Shown: positions 17,773 to 28,005 of the stretch, piece after piece
Numbering within the stretch: position 1 is the stretch's first letter
Layout: every line of letters starts with the position of its first letter
IMG/VR virus record: IMGVR_UViG_2698536443_000010
Location: 1 to 35,514 of that record
Reading direction: 5' to 3' (one strand)
DNA length: 35,514 bases
Source of the DNA: a virus
Lineage: Duplodnaviria; Heunggongvirae; Uroviricota; Caudoviricetes
Made by a program: the position numbers and the translations under genes
The notes under the pieces: model-generated
What the model saw: only the letters and a program-made list of their open reading frames with translations
The model's database searches: none
Told to the model about the DNA's origin: nothing

Positions 17773-18226
17773 TTCCCTGCGTGAAGCCATGACCCGTTCA
17801 TGCCGATGGTGTCAGGCCAACCCGGAAAAATTCACCATTTTCGTGGAGAGCGGCAACATTGAAACGACAGGAGAAACCCCATCGTTTGTTTACCGCTATC
17901 AGATGGTGATGTTTGTCATGGATTACGCCGGGGAGCTGGACGACCTCACGCTGCCGCTGCTGGCGTGGTTATCCGAAAATCAGCCACAGTTGTTGCTCAA
18001 CCCTGAGCGTAATCAGGACATCAAATTTTCCGCCGTTATCAATGACGATGACAGCGCCGATCTCCTGTTTACGCTCCCCCTGCGGGAACGCGTTCGCATC
18101 ACGCGCAGCAGTCAGGGCACACCGCAGGCAGAACACCTGCCGGAGCCAAAACCCCGCCTGCCCTCTTCCGAAGGCGACTGGTCGCATGTATTCCAGGATG
18201 TGACGTGGGGTGAAAGCGATGGATAA
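17759..18226 (+). CDS. R: Tail completion protein, P2 gpR-like
   Basis: MLKTDSLREAMT...LLAWLSENQPQL resembles P2 R. Confidence 0.85.
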   Translation: MLKTDSLREAMTRSCRWCQANPEKFTIFVESGNIETTGETPSFVYRYQMVMFVMDYAGELDDLTLPLLAWLSENQPQLLLNPERNQDIKFSAVINDDDSADLLFTLPLRERVRITRSSQGTPQAEHLPEPKPRLPSSEGDWSHVFQDVTWGESDG

Positions 18227-18854
18227 GGCATTCACCCGCGTGGATGAAACCTTTGAGGCCATCCGCGACAGCCTGAATCAGCAGGCCATCAATAACATCG
18301 CCAGAAAGCTGGCACAGGATTTACGCCGCGCCCAGCAGGCGCGCATCCGGTCACAGAAAGCGCCAGACGGGACCGCATGGACACCACGCAGACGCCGCGT
18401 AACCCGGATACAGGAACGCATTCGCTTTATCTGGAATAACGAAGCACGCACGCTGAAAAACTGGCATCACGACACGGGGAAATACGGGCGAACCATTACC
18501 GGGTGGGATGAGGATAAAAACAATATCCGCATGTTTTACCGGGATGACATCGACCGTTTTCTGGAAATACGCACCCGGCGCATCAACCAGGACAGCACAA
18601 AGCGCGTCCCCATGTTCGTAAAACTGCGCACCGCCCGCTACCTGAAAGCCCGTGCAGATGCTTCCGGTGTGACGGTGGGTTACAGCGGCGTGGCCGCACG
18701 TATTGCACGCGTTCATCAGTTTGGTGAGCGCGATCAGGTTGCGCCGGGCATTTTCACCGATTACCCGGTACGTGAGCTGCTGGGTATCAGTCAGGCAGAT
18801 GAACGCCTGATTTATAACACGGTGCTGGGCCGGATTGCGGAGGCTGTACGGTGA
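18219..18854 (+). CDS. S: Tail completion / virion morphogenesis protein, P2 gpS-like
   Basis: Position between R and V; ATG 18219 chosen (in-frame GTG at 18210). Confidence 0.75.
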   Translation: MDKAFTRVDETFEAIRDSLNQQAINNIARKLAQDLRRAQQARIRSQKAPDGTAWTPRRRRVTRIQERIRFIWNNEARTLKNWHHDTGKYGRTITGWDEDKNNIRMFYRDDIDRFLEIRTRRINQDSTKRVPMFVKLRTARYLKARADASGVTVGYSGVAARIARVHQFGERDQVAPGIFTDYPVRELLGISQADERLIYNTVLGRIAEAVR

Positions 18855-19432
18855 GCGCAGAACTCATGCGACTGCTGAGCAATATCATCCGCACCGGGAT
18901 CATCTCTGAAGTTGACGAGAAGTCCTGGCGCGTGCGCGTTCGCAGCGGCGAACTGGAAACAGGCTGGCTGCGCTGGAACACCACGCGCGCGGGAGCCTTC
19001 AATGTGTGGCTGCCGCCATCACCTGGCGAACAGGTGGTAATTGCCTGCATTGGCGGCAACCCGGAAACCGCCATGATAATTGGCAGCCTGTGGAGTGATG
19101 CCAATCCGGCCCCCGGCAAAAGCCTGAAAGAAATCGTGATCAGCGCGCCGGACGGCGCGGTGTTCCGCTACGACGCGGACGCAGGCGCACTGAGCGCCAG
19201 CGGCATGAAAACGGCCACTTTACAGGCATCCGTCAGCGTGAAACTGGACACGCCCGTCGTGGAATGCACAAACCTTCTGAGAACGGCGACGCTTGACGTC
19301 ACAAAAGGGGGAAAGATGAGCGGCAATATCACGCACAGCGGCGGCGATTTCACCTCAAACGGCATCACAGTGCATACGCATAAGCACGGTGGCGTTAAAG
19401 GTGGCAGCGATTCGACAGGAGGCCCGCAGTGA
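18851..19432 (+). CDS. V: Baseplate spike protein, P2 gpV-like
   Basis: IRTGII...VVECTNLL...TKGGKMSGNITHSGGDFTSNGITVHTHKHGG resemble P2 V; GTG start overlapping S stop. Confidence 0.9.
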   Translation: MSAELMRLLSNIIRTGIISEVDEKSWRVRVRSGELETGWLRWNTTRAGAFNVWLPPSPGEQVVIACIGGNPETAMIIGSLWSDANPAPGKSLKEIVISAPDGAVFRYDADAGALSASGMKTATLQASVSVKLDTPVVECTNLLRTATLDVTKGGKMSGNITHSGGDFTSNGITVHTHKHGGVKGGSDSTGGPQ

Positions 19433-19779
19433 CAACCCGCTACACAGGAATGAATCCGGACGGGACGGGAAACCTGAACGATATGGAGCACCTGAAACAG
19501 TCAGTCAGGGACATCCTGATCACCCCGCTGGCAAGCCGGGTTATGCGACGGGAATATGGCAGCCTTGTGCCTGATTTGATTGACGAACCCATGAATAACA
19601 CAACTCGTCTGCAATGCATGAGTGCTGCCGTGATTGCGCTGACACGATGGGAACCCCGCATTGCCCTGGACGCCATCGACGTTGTCTGGAAGGCAGGAGG
19701 CCGCGCCGGGGTGACGCTGTCGGGCACTGTCATGCAGACCATGCAGAATGTTGAATTAACCATCACGCTGAGAGAGTAA
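19429..19779 (+). CDS. W: Baseplate wedge protein, P2 gpW-like (gp25 family)
   Basis: TTRYTGMNPDG...ILITPLASRVMRREYGSL...WEPR resemble P2 W; GTG start with GGAGG RBS. Confidence 0.9.
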   Translation: MTTRYTGMNPDGTGNLNDMEHLKQSVRDILITPLASRVMRREYGSLVPDLIDEPMNNTTRLQCMSAAVIALTRWEPRIALDAIDVVWKAGGRAGVTLSGTVMQTMQNVELTITLRE

Positions 19780-19782
19780 ATC

Positions 19783-20679
19783 ATGCCTGCTGTTGACCTT
19801 TCCCAGTTACCGGAACCCGCCATCATCGCGGAGCCTGATTTTGAGGCAATTCTGGCTGACACAAAGGCCATGATGATTGCGTCCTATCCTGCCGAACAGC
19901 GTGAAGCCGTCTCCGCCGCGCTGGAGCTGGAATCGGAACCCCTGAACGTTATCGCTCAAACCATGTCTTTTCGTGAAATGCTGTTACGCCAGCGGGTTAA
20001 CGAGGGCGCACGCGCCTGCATGTTAAGCCACGGTTCAGGGACAAACCTGGACAACCTCGCGGGCAATATGAACACAAAGCGCCTGGTTATCACTCCGGCA
20101 ACGGATACCACCGACGCGGTGATGGAGAGCGACACCTCGCTGAGATTGCGGGCGCAACGGGCGTATGACGGCCTGAGTGTTGCTGGCCCGTCAGGTGCAT
20201 ACGAGTATTTTGCACGCAGCGCCAGCGGTCTGGTGCGTGATGCGCGGGCCATCAGCCCGTCTCCGGCCTGTGTGACGGTTTCCATCCTGTCCACTGAGGG
20301 CGACGGCACAGCAACGGAGGCGTTGCTTAATACCGTTCGCGCCGTTCTGAATGCAGAGGATACCCGCCCGGTGGCCGACCGCCTGACCGTACAGAGTGCC
20401 AGAATCGTGACATGGCGGCTGAATGCAAAACTGTACTTTTACCCCGGCCCGGAATCCGAACCTATTCTGGCCGCGGCGGAATCGTCGTTCAGGAAGTGGC
20501 TGTCTGAGCAGGGGCTTATCGGTCAGGACGTGGCGTTGTCAGCCATTGCTGCCGCACTGCATGTGCACGGTGTGCAACGCGTGGAGATAATCGAACCCAC
20601 ACAAAATATGGCCATCAGCGACATACAGGCGGCGCGCTGTGAGTCATTCACCATCAGCGAAGGTGGGCGTAATGAGTAA
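19783..20679 (+). CDS. J: Baseplate assembly protein, P2 gpJ-like
   Basis: 298-aa ORF between W and I; size and position match P2 J. Confidence 0.85.
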   Translation: MPAVDLSQLPEPAIIAEPDFEAILADTKAMMIASYPAEQREAVSAALELESEPLNVIAQTMSFREMLLRQRVNEGARACMLSHGSGTNLDNLAGNMNTKRLVITPATDTTDAVMESDTSLRLRAQRAYDGLSVAGPSGAYEYFARSASGLVRDARAISPSPACVTVSILSTEGDGTATEALLNTVRAVLNAEDTRPVADRLTVQSARIVTWRLNAKLYFYPGPESEPILAAAESSFRKWLSEQGLIGQDVALSAIAAALHVHGVQRVEIIEPTQNMAISDIQAARCESFTISEGGRNE

Positions 20680-21202
20680 TTCACTGTTACCGCCATCAGC
20701 CAGCAATTTCATGCGTTGTGCCGAAGCTGTCGGAACGCGCATTACAGACACTCCGGTAGACCTCAACACGCTGTGGTCGCCGGACACCTGCCCGGTGCAT
20801 CTGCTGCCTTATCTCGCCTGGGCATTTTCCGTTGACCGCTGGGATCGCAACTGGCCGGAAGAGACAAAGCGACAAGTGATTCGTGATGCATGGCTGATAC
20901 ACCGACACAAAGGGACCATCAGCGCACTGCGCCGGGCCATTGAGCCGCTGGGATACCTCATTCGTGTGTCTGAGTGGTGGGAGTTCGGCGGAGAACCGGG
21001 AACATTTACCGTTGAAGTCGGCACGCTGGACAGTGGCGTGACGGAGGAAATGTATCTGGAAATGGAGCGGTTGATTGCTGATGCCCGCCCGGTCAGCCGC
21101 CACATGACAGGGCTGAATATCATTCAGGAGATCCCGGGGGATATTTTCGCGGCGGCAGCAACTTACGACGGTGAAGTCATTACCATTTATCCGGACGATT
21201 AA
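20672..21202 (+). CDS. I: Baseplate / tail-fibre attachment protein, P2 gpI-like
   Basis: [24 protein letters not shown]...VIRDAW...HKGTI...LGYLI...EWWE...PGTF...MERLIADA resemble P2 I; start at ATG 20672. Confidence 0.9.
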   Translation: MSNSLLPPSASNFMRCAEAVGTRITDTPVDLNTLWSPDTCPVHLLPYLAWAFSVDRWDRNWPEETKRQVIRDAWLIHRHKGTISALRRAIEPLGYLIRVSEWWEFGGEPGTFTVEVGTLDSGVTEEMYLEMERLIADARPVSRHMTGLNIIQEIPGDIFAAAATYDGEVITIYPDD

Positions 21203-21204
21203 GC

Positions 21205-23337
21205 ATGAGTACCACAACACGAAAATTTAAAACCATTATCACTGATACTGGTGCCAAAAAATTAGCTCAGGCAGCCGCGCCAGATGGTAATCCTGTCCGC
21301 CTGACTCACATGGCCGTGGGCGACGGTGGCGGCACGTTGCCCACACCAGACAGTAAGCAGACCCGTCTGGTGCATGAGGTGTGGCGACATACTGTTAATC
21401 GCGTCATCCTGGACGCAACACATCAGAACCGCATTATTGCGGAGCTGGTTATTCCTCCTGAAACGGGAGGATTCTGGATCCGGGAAATTGGTGTGTTTGA
21501 TGAGCACGGCGATTTAATCGCGGTGGGCAATACTGCCGAAAGTTACAAGCCAGCCGTTGCCGAAGGGTCCGGACGTGCACAAACATTTCGCACCATTCTG
21601 ACAGTATCCAGCACTGCCACCGTGGCGCTTACCGTGGATAACACCATGGTTATGGCCACAGTGGATTACGTGGATAACAAACTGAAAGAGCATGAACAGT
21701 CACGACGTCACCCGGATGCCTCGCTGACCGCAAAAGGCTTTGTTCAACTCAGTAGCGCCACTAACAGCGATTCTGAAACGCTGGCTGCAACGCCGAAAGC
21801 GGTTAAGGTCGCGTATGATCTTGCTAACGGAAAATATACAGCGCAGGATGCCACAACAGCGCGAAAAGGCCTTGTCCAGCTTAGTAGTGCAACCAACAGT
21901 ACATCTGAAACGCTGGCGGCAACATCAAATGCAGTAAAAGCTGCCTATGACAATGCTGAAAAACGTCTGCAGAAAGCTAAGAATGGTGAGGATATCTCTG
22001 ACAAAGACACCTTTACGAAAAATATCGGTGCCTGCCGTGCATATAGTGCAGAGCTGAATATTGGTGGAGATAGTGAAGCATGGACAACTGCGCAGTTGAT
22101 TTTTTGGCTAGAGAGTCAGGGGGCATTTAACCATCCTTACTGGATGTGCAAAGGCTCATGGGCTTATGCAAGTAATAAGGTCATTACAGATACAGGTTGC
22201 GGAAATATTTGTCTTGCAGGTGCTGTTGTGGAAGTTATTGGCACCCGCGGCGCAATGACCATACGCATTACCACACCGAGTACATCCAGCGGTGAAGGCA
22301 TCCCTAATGCTCAATTTACTTATATTAATCATGGTGATGCTTATGCTCCTGGCTGGCGAAGGGACTATAACTCCAGGAATAAGCCAACAGCATCAGAGAT
22401 CGGGGCGTTACCGTCAGATGGGACAGCAGTATCGTCAGTTAATCTGGCTTCAAAAGGTCGGCTGACCGCCCTGACAGATAATATGCAGGGGGCCACAGGT
22501 CTGGAGTTATACGAGGCGTATAACAACGGATATCCAACAACGTATGGAAATATCATTCACCTGAAAGGGATGACAGCCGTTGGCGAAGGTGAGTTACTCA
22601 TCGGCTGGAGTGGTACAAGCGGTGCTCATGCTCCGGCATTTATTCGTTCACGACGGGATACGATCGACGCAAACTGGTCGCCGTGGGCGCAGCTTTACAC
22701 CTCGGCTCATCCTCCTGCAGAGTTTTATCCAGTCGGTGCACCAATCCCGTGGCCATCAGATACCGTTCCGTCTGGTTATGCCCTGATGCAGGGGCAGACT
22801 TTTGACAAATCTGCATACCCGAAACTTGCAGCCGCTTATCCGTCAGGCGTGATCCCTGATATGCGTGGCTGGACGATTAAGGGCAAACCTGCCAGTGGTC
22901 GGGCCGTATTGTCTCAGGAACAGGACGGCATAAAATCGCACACCCACAGCGCCAGCGCATCCAGTACGGATTTGGGGACGAAAACCACATCGTCGTTTGA
23001 TTACGGTACTAAAACGACCAGTTCATTTGATTACGGCACAAAAACCACAAATAGCGCAGGAGCTCATTCACACAATATACCTGTTGGTCACACTGGCGCG
23101 GGGAATGGTGTATCAGCCGGTTATAACGCTGCGTTAGGTACTGGTACCACGTCGAGCGCAGGAGAGCATGCTCACAATGTATATATCGGTGCCCATAACC
23201 ACACTATCGGCATTGGTGCTCATGCCCATTCTGTCATTATTGGTCCCCACGGACACACCATCACCGTTAATGCTACGGGGAACGCAGAAAACACCGTAAA
23301 AAACATCGCATTTAACTATATTGTGAGGCTTGCATAA
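21205..23337 (+). CDS. H: Tail fibre protein, P2 gpH-like N-terminus with divergent His-rich C-terminal domain
   Basis: N-terminal ~250 aa resemble P2 H ([23 protein letters not shown], duplicated [15 protein letters not shown] motif); C-terminus has [10 protein letters not shown] tandem repeats and HxH-rich repeats. Confidence 0.9.
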   Translation: MSTTTRKFKTIITDTGAKKLAQAAAPDGNPVRLTHMAVGDGGGTLPTPDSKQTRLVHEVWRHTVNRVILDATHQNRIIAELVIPPETGGFWIREIGVFDEHGDLIAVGNTAESYKPAVAEGSGRAQTFRTILTVSSTATVALTVDNTMVMATVDYVDNKLKEHEQSRRHPDASLTAKGFVQLSSATNSDSETLAATPKAVKVAYDLANGKYTAQDATTARKGLVQLSSATNSTSETLAATSNAVKAAYDNAEKRLQKAKNGEDISDKDTFTKNIGACRAYSAELNIGGDSEAWTTAQLIFWLESQGAFNHPYWMCKGSWAYASNKVITDTGCGNICLAGAVVEVIGTRGAMTIRITTPSTSSGEGIPNAQFTYINHGDAYAPGWRRDYNSRNKPTASEIGALPSDGTAVSSVNLASKGRLTALTDNMQGATGLELYEAYNNGYPTTYGNIIHLKGMTAVGEGELLIGWSGTSGAHAPAFIRSRRDTIDANWSPWAQLYTSAHPPAEFYPVGAPIPWPSDTVPSGYALMQGQTFDKSAYPKLAAAYPSGVIPDMRGWTIKGKPASGRAVLSQEQDGIKSHTHSASASSTDLGTKTTSSFDYGTKTTSSFDYGTKTTNSAGAHSHNIPVGHTGAGNGVSAGYNAALGTGTTSSAGEHAHNVYIGAHNHTIGIGAHAHSVIIGPHGHTITVNATGNAENTVKNIAFNYIVRLA
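22974..23055. repeat. About 2.5 copies of a 30-bp tandem repeat inside H (encodes [10 protein letters not shown])
   Basis: Direct reading of DNA and translation. Confidence 0.7.
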
Positions 23338-23915
23338 TGACATTCAGAATGAGTGAACAATCACGGACCATAAAAATTTATAATCTACTGACCGGAACCA
23401 ATGAGTTTATTGGTGAAGGTGATGCATACATTCCACCTCATACAGGTCTGCCTGCAAACAGTACCGATATTGCCCCGCCAGATATTCCGGCTGGCTTCGT
23501 GGCCGTTTTCAACAGTGATGAGGCATCGTGGCATCTCGTTGAAGACCATCGGGGTAAAACGGTTTATGACGTGGCATCAGGGGACGCGTTATTTATTTCT
23601 GAACTCGGTCCGTTACCGGAAAATGTTACCTGGTTGTCGCCGTATGGAGAGTATCAGAAGTGGAACGGCACATCCTGGGTGAAAGATGCAGAAGCAGACA
23701 AACTATTTCGGATAAGGGAGGCGGAAGAAACAAAAAACAGCCTGATGCAGGTAGCCAGTGAGCATATTGCGCCACTTCAGGATGCCGTAGATTTGGATAT
23801 TGCGACGGAGGAAGAGGCATCGTTACTGGCTGCATGGAAGACATATCGGGTATTGTTGAATCGTGTTGATACAACAGTAGCAGCGGATGTTGAGTGGCCA
23901 GTCGCCCCACAATAA
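23337..23915 (+). CDS. G: Tail fibre assembly protein, P2 gpG-like (divergent N-terminus)
   Basis: C-terminal [12 protein letters not shown]...EWPVAPQ resembles the P2 G C-terminus; TAATG overlap with H. Confidence 0.75.
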   Translation: MTFRMSEQSRTIKIYNLLTGTNEFIGEGDAYIPPHTGLPANSTDIAPPDIPAGFVAVFNSDEASWHLVEDHRGKTVYDVASGDALFISELGPLPENVTWLSPYGEYQKWNGTSWVKDAEADKLFRIREAEETKNSLMQVASEHIAPLQDAVDLDIATEEEASLLAAWKTYRVLLNRVDTTVAADVEWPVAPQ

Positions 23916-23923
23916 AAAGAAAA

Positions 23924-23949
23924 AGCCATCGACAGAAATATCGATGGCT
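23924..23949. terminator. Bidirectional terminator between convergent G and acetyltransferase gene
   Basis: Stem agccatcga / tcgatggct with 8-nt loop; T-run on the minus-strand side. Confidence 0.6.
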
Positions 23950-23958
23950 TTATGTACT

Positions 23959-24531
23959 CTATTTATACAATACAGCACCGCTCTTTTTAGTTATATATGT
24001 GCAGTTCGATGGTATATCTTTATTTATAAAAGACATTGCACCTATTTTTACATTATCCCCAATTTTACGGGATAATCCAATGATGCAACAATTAGCTCCG
24101 ATATCAACGTTGCTACCAATTTTTACTCTTGAACCAGGTATGTCACCATCTATCTGTCCAATGGTCGTATTCTGTCGTAACACCAGATTTTCACCAGCAT
24201 CAACAGCAAAATGAACAACAATTCCAGCATGATGGGGAATTGTTAACCCTTTTCCAATATTTGCGCCCAATCCAATTTCACAACCAAATTTGTTAATTAT
24301 TTTACTGTTTAACTTTTTGGCTGCTTTCTTATGTAATTTATTACCATTAATATACATTTCGTTAGCCAACCGCCACCAGAAAAGGAAATTCCGGTTACGC
24401 TGTTTTTTCTCTCTTAAAAGCCTCCAGATATCCATACGTTTCCGCCGAATTACTTCATATTTCCAGAAGTTTTTTAAATTAGTAGAGTTCCCAAATAAAA
24501 CAAAGTGAATTGCCATTAAGTAAGACAGCAC
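23959..24531 (-). CDS. Hexapeptide-repeat (left-handed beta-helix) acetyltransferase, CysE/O-acetyltransferase-like; AT-rich moron
   Basis: Isoleucine-patch repeats IGANIGKGLTIP...VKIGSNVDIGANCCIIG...KIGDNVKIGAMSFI; GTG start at 24531 after AAGGAG RBS (ORF extends to 24564; alternative ATG 24516). Confidence 0.7.
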   Translation of the reverse strand: MLSYLMAIHFVLFGNSTNLKNFWKYEVIRRKRMDIWRLLREKKQRNRNFLFWWRLANEMYINGNKLHKKAAKKLNSKIINKFGCEIGLGANIGKGLTIPHHAGIVVHFAVDAGENLVLRQNTTIGQIDGDIPGSRVKIGSNVDIGANCCIIGLSRKIGDNVKIGAMSFINKDIPSNCTYITKKSGAVLYK

Positions 24532-24687
24532 GATAATCTCCTTAATTATTATTTCAGACGACACATATTATAAGGTTAAGAGATTATAAAATCCTGTTGT
24601 TTGTTATTCAAAAACAATTTTCTGAGAAGGACATACAACAGCAAGTCGCCAGTCACCTTCATCAGGAAATTGGCGACATACGTTAAA

Positions 24688-25182
24688 TCAGAGCAGCCCC
24701 TTAACTGAGCTGGTCGCGCTATTAAGGGATGATGTCACCTTATCTTTGAAGCCGGACAACATATCGCTGAACGATGAGGATTGCAGGCGCTCCCGCAAAT
24801 CCTCATCACAGCGTTCAAGAGTCAGTGAAAATTCTATCTTTTTCGCCTTACCGTAGCGATCAAACTCGGAACGGGTCGTATTCGTTCCGGTCAGGACATA
24901 CATGCCGTAAATCTGCCCGACGCCATCAATCAAAGGCCAGGGTCGTCCTGTATACGCCTGCGTGGTCAGCAGCGACAGCGACACTTCGCCACCTGTAATT
25001 TCAGGATAAAGCACACCAGAAAGAACGATGCGATCATCACCTGCACCGATATACTGCCAGCTTGCTGAACGGTTAACGCGTTCATTTTTCACATGCCGCC
25101 AGCTTTTGTTTTGCTGTAACTGCTGATGCGGCAGCGTGCGCAGCTCAAAAACAAACATGCCGTAGATCATCATCATGGCCAT
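24688..25182 (-). CDS. U: Tail protein, P2 gpU-like
   Basis: SWRH...VNRS...GAGDD...LSG...ITGGEVSLSLLTTQAYTGRPWPLIDG...IYGMYV...LRERLQSSS...SGFKDKVT resemble P2 U. Confidence 0.9.
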   Translation of the reverse strand: MAMMMIYGMFVFELRTLPHQQLQQNKSWRHVKNERVNRSASWQYIGAGDDRIVLSGVLYPEITGGEVSLSLLTTQAYTGRPWPLIDGVGQIYGMYVLTGTNTTRSEFDRYGKAKKIEFSLTLERCDEDLRERLQSSSFSDMLSGFKDKVTSSLNSATSSVKGLL

Positions 25183-25188
25183 GACTCC

Positions 25189-28005
25189 TCAATCTTTATC
25201 GTAAAAACTGCCACGCCCGGCACGGGCGCGCCGTTCCATTTCTGCCCTGACCATTTCACCGACCAGTTTCGCCAGTTCGCGGGGATTCTGCGTAACAACG
25301 TTATGCAGATGAACATGAATTTCACCACCAAATTCGGAGGCAACAGGCTCCCGGTTACGGGAAGTTACAGGAACTGATGCCACTGGAGATCGTATAGCCT
25401 CCGCCACCGGGCGGGAGCTGGCCGCAACAACAGTGACCAGCGCCGGAGGCAGCGGAGCCGGGACCACGGGTGTGATATTAATTGCGGGGGCAGGCTTACT
25501 GACCTGCGCAATCTTCCGCTCCTGCCACTCCCCACGAACAGCAAGTGCCCGGGGCAGGTTTTTAAAGACAATATCGCCGGGGCCAATGCGTTTTTTCGTC
25601 TCCTCAACCAGCTTACCTGTGTTATCAGCAATTTTGCTGAGTCTGCGCAGCGTACCGGTATTGCTGTCTGTGAGCGGTTTATTGTCTTTGGGGTTATCAC
25701 CTCCGGTGCCATTGCCATTTTCCACAGGCTTCGGCGGATTGATTTTCGCCAGGTCCCCCTGAAGCAAGGCAACCTTGTCCTGAAGAATGGCCGCACGCTG
25801 TGCGTCTTCGATTTTCTTGCGCGCCCTTTCCGCTTCATCCGGAAGCACACCAAGCTTTTCAAGTATCCACGCCAGCGTATCCAGCAACATTTTTGCAGGT
25901 GTCAGAACAAGTTGTAACGCACCGCCAAGAACGTTACCGAATATCTCGCCAGCACTGGTACATTTATCCAGAGTTTCCTTGCTGGACTCCATCGGTGACA
26001 GCAGCGATTTAAACCAGTTAAACACCTGGCTGATCCCACTCCCGATTGCGTCAAAAACAGGACTAAACCGTTCAAAGGTTTCGCGCAACGGGGTCAGCCT
26101 TTCCATAATCCCGCTGAACACCCCGGCAAAAAATGCCCTGATGGGATCCCAGTATTTCCAGATAAGAACGGCAGCTCCGGCAAGCGCAGCCACGATAAGA
26201 CCAACCGGACTGAACAACGCCCCGATAGCGCCTCCCAGCAAAGAAACGGAACCCGTCACCATTCCCCATAGTGCTGGCAGAACCCTGACAGCATTCATTG
26301 ATCCGGTCAGGAGGGAAAAACCAAGACGCAGTTTTGCCAGCGGGCCAGCAAGCACACCAATAGCCAGCGACAACGAGCCAACCGTTGCAGTCATTGCCAG
26401 CAGTGCACCGCCTGCAATCAGTAGCTGGCGCGTCAGTGCGGGATGGGCCTGCGCCAGCGCCGTCACCTTTGATACCACACGCGTGAGCCACTGCGTGACA
26501 GAACGCAGCGGACCGTCAATCAGATCTGCAATGCGGATGCGCAACCCTTCCCATGCACTGCTGAGTGATTTCAGATCGCCGTCAAGGTTGTTGGCCATAA
26601 CCTTTGCCGTGCGTTCAGCCTCACCGCGCGCACCTTCAAGTTCTTTTCTCAGTTTGGGTAAGGAGCCGTCACCTGCCGCATCAACGAGGGCCATAAATGA
26701 TGTGAAAGCCTCTTCTCCGGCAATGTCCTTAAAGAACGATACCCGGTCAACTTCCCCGTATTTGCGGGTAGCTTTATAAAGGTCAGCCAGCACATCCTCC
26801 ATCGGACGCATTTTGCCCCCGGCATCCGAGACAGACACGCCAAGCTCTTTCAGCGCCTCTGCTGCCGCCTTTGGCGGTGATGCCAGACGAGCCAGGCTGG
26901 CACGCATTGCCGTCCCGGCATCACTCCCTCTGATACCCATATTCGCCAGCACGCCCGCCATCGCTGCGGCCTGCTCCAGCGATATTCCCAGCTTGCCCGC
27001 CACCGGACCTGCATATTTCATGGTTTCGCCCAGTGCGCGAAGGTCAGTGTTGGTACGGGTAAATGCTGCGGTGAGCGTGTCGCCAACCCGGTCCATCTGG
27101 TCAGCAGAAAGGCCGAACTGCGTCAGGATATTTGAGCCAATATCCGCCGTCTCGCCGAGATCCATGCCGCCAGCCGTTGCCATGCTCAGCACGCCCGGAA
27201 GCGCAGCCTGAATGGCCTGCGGAGTGAAGCCAGCCATTGCAAGAAATGCCTGCCCACTGGCGGCATCGCCTGCGGTGAACTGCGTTTCAGAGCCAAGTTT
27301 TAACGCCTGCTCACGCAGAGCCTTAAACTGCGGGCTGTTTTTGTCGATTCGCGTCAGTGCCTGAACGCGGGACATCTCTTTGCCGAACCCGATCGCAGGC
27401 TGTAAAAAACGCCCGGCAGCATAGCCGCCAGCCGCTGCCGCACCAATTGCCAGCGCACCACCTGTTTTCAGTTTTCCCGCGGTTTCCTGCACGCGCGAAT
27501 ACCGCTCACGCGCCCGCGTTACACGCGCAAGCGCCTGCCGTTCGCGTTCAAGCTGGTTGTTGTACTGTTCGGTGCGTCTGATGGCCTGCTGGATGGTGTT
27601 ATCGCTGCCTGTCAGGGAAATGCCGTGGCGTTTCAGCTCTCCGCCAAGCTCCCGCATTTTCTGAATTTCCCGTGTGCGCGATTCATTCAGGCGTTCAAGC
27701 CGGGTGCTTAACTGCTGCATCAGCTTTTGTTGTTTTTCGCTGAGCACTGTACCCGTGCGTTGTAACTGATTAAGGGCGTTAAGCTGGCGTCGTGCTTTCA
27801 CGATACCCGCATCCGCTTTACTGACAGCGTCGCGGGCGCGCTCAAATGAACGCGCCTGACGCTCGAGATTTTTGATCGCCCCCTGCGTTCGCTGGATGGA
27901 GTCACCAAACTGCCCCATCAGGCGGCGGGCGTTTTCGGCAGGCCGGGTCAGCCTGTCAACGGCGCTGAAAGCGACCCGGATATCAAGAGTCTTCATTGTC
28001 TGCAT
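25189..28005 (-). CDS. T: Tail tape measure protein, P2 gpT-like
   Basis: ~940-aa ORF with coiled-coil N-terminus and Gly/Ala-rich hydrophobic core, downstream of E/E'; start at ATG 28005 (alternatives ATG 27996, GTG 28050). Confidence 0.85.
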   Translation of the reverse strand: MQTMKTLDIRVAFSAVDRLTRPAENARRLMGQFGDSIQRTQGAIKNLERQARSFERARDAVSKADAGIVKARRQLNALNQLQRTGTVLSEKQQKLMQQLSTRLERLNESRTREIQKMRELGGELKRHGISLTGSDNTIQQAIRRTEQYNNQLERERQALARVTRARERYSRVQETAGKLKTGGALAIGAAAAGGYAAGRFLQPAIGFGKEMSRVQALTRIDKNSPQFKALREQALKLGSETQFTAGDAASGQAFLAMAGFTPQAIQAALPGVLSMATAGGMDLGETADIGSNILTQFGLSADQMDRVGDTLTAAFTRTNTDLRALGETMKYAGPVAGKLGISLEQAAAMAGVLANMGIRGSDAGTAMRASLARLASPPKAAAEALKELGVSVSDAGGKMRPMEDVLADLYKATRKYGEVDRVSFFKDIAGEEAFTSFMALVDAAGDGSLPKLRKELEGARGEAERTAKVMANNLDGDLKSLSSAWEGLRIRIADLIDGPLRSVTQWLTRVVSKVTALAQAHPALTRQLLIAGGALLAMTATVGSLSLAIGVLAGPLAKLRLGFSLLTGSMNAVRVLPALWGMVTGSVSLLGGAIGALFSPVGLIVAALAGAAVLIWKYWDPIRAFFAGVFSGIMERLTPLRETFERFSPVFDAIGSGISQVFNWFKSLLSPMESSKETLDKCTSAGEIFGNVLGGALQLVLTPAKMLLDTLAWILEKLGVLPDEAERARKKIEDAQRAAILQDKVALLQGDLAKINPPKPVENGNGTGGDNPKDNKPLTDSNTGTLRRLSKIADNTGKLVEETKKRIGPGDIVFKNLPRALAVRGEWQERKIAQVSKPAPAINITPVVPAPLPPALVTVVAASSRPVAEAIRSPVASVPVTSRNREPVASEFGGEIHVHLHNVVTQNPRELAKLVGEMVRAEMERRARAGRGSFYDKD

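Noticed and set aside
25787-26779. 330-aa ORF on the plus strand (plus neighbouring plus-strand ORFs 25433..25762 and 26813..27211)
   Set aside because: Antisense to the tape-measure gene T; Ser/Ala/Pro-rich low-complexity translation typical of a spurious frame.
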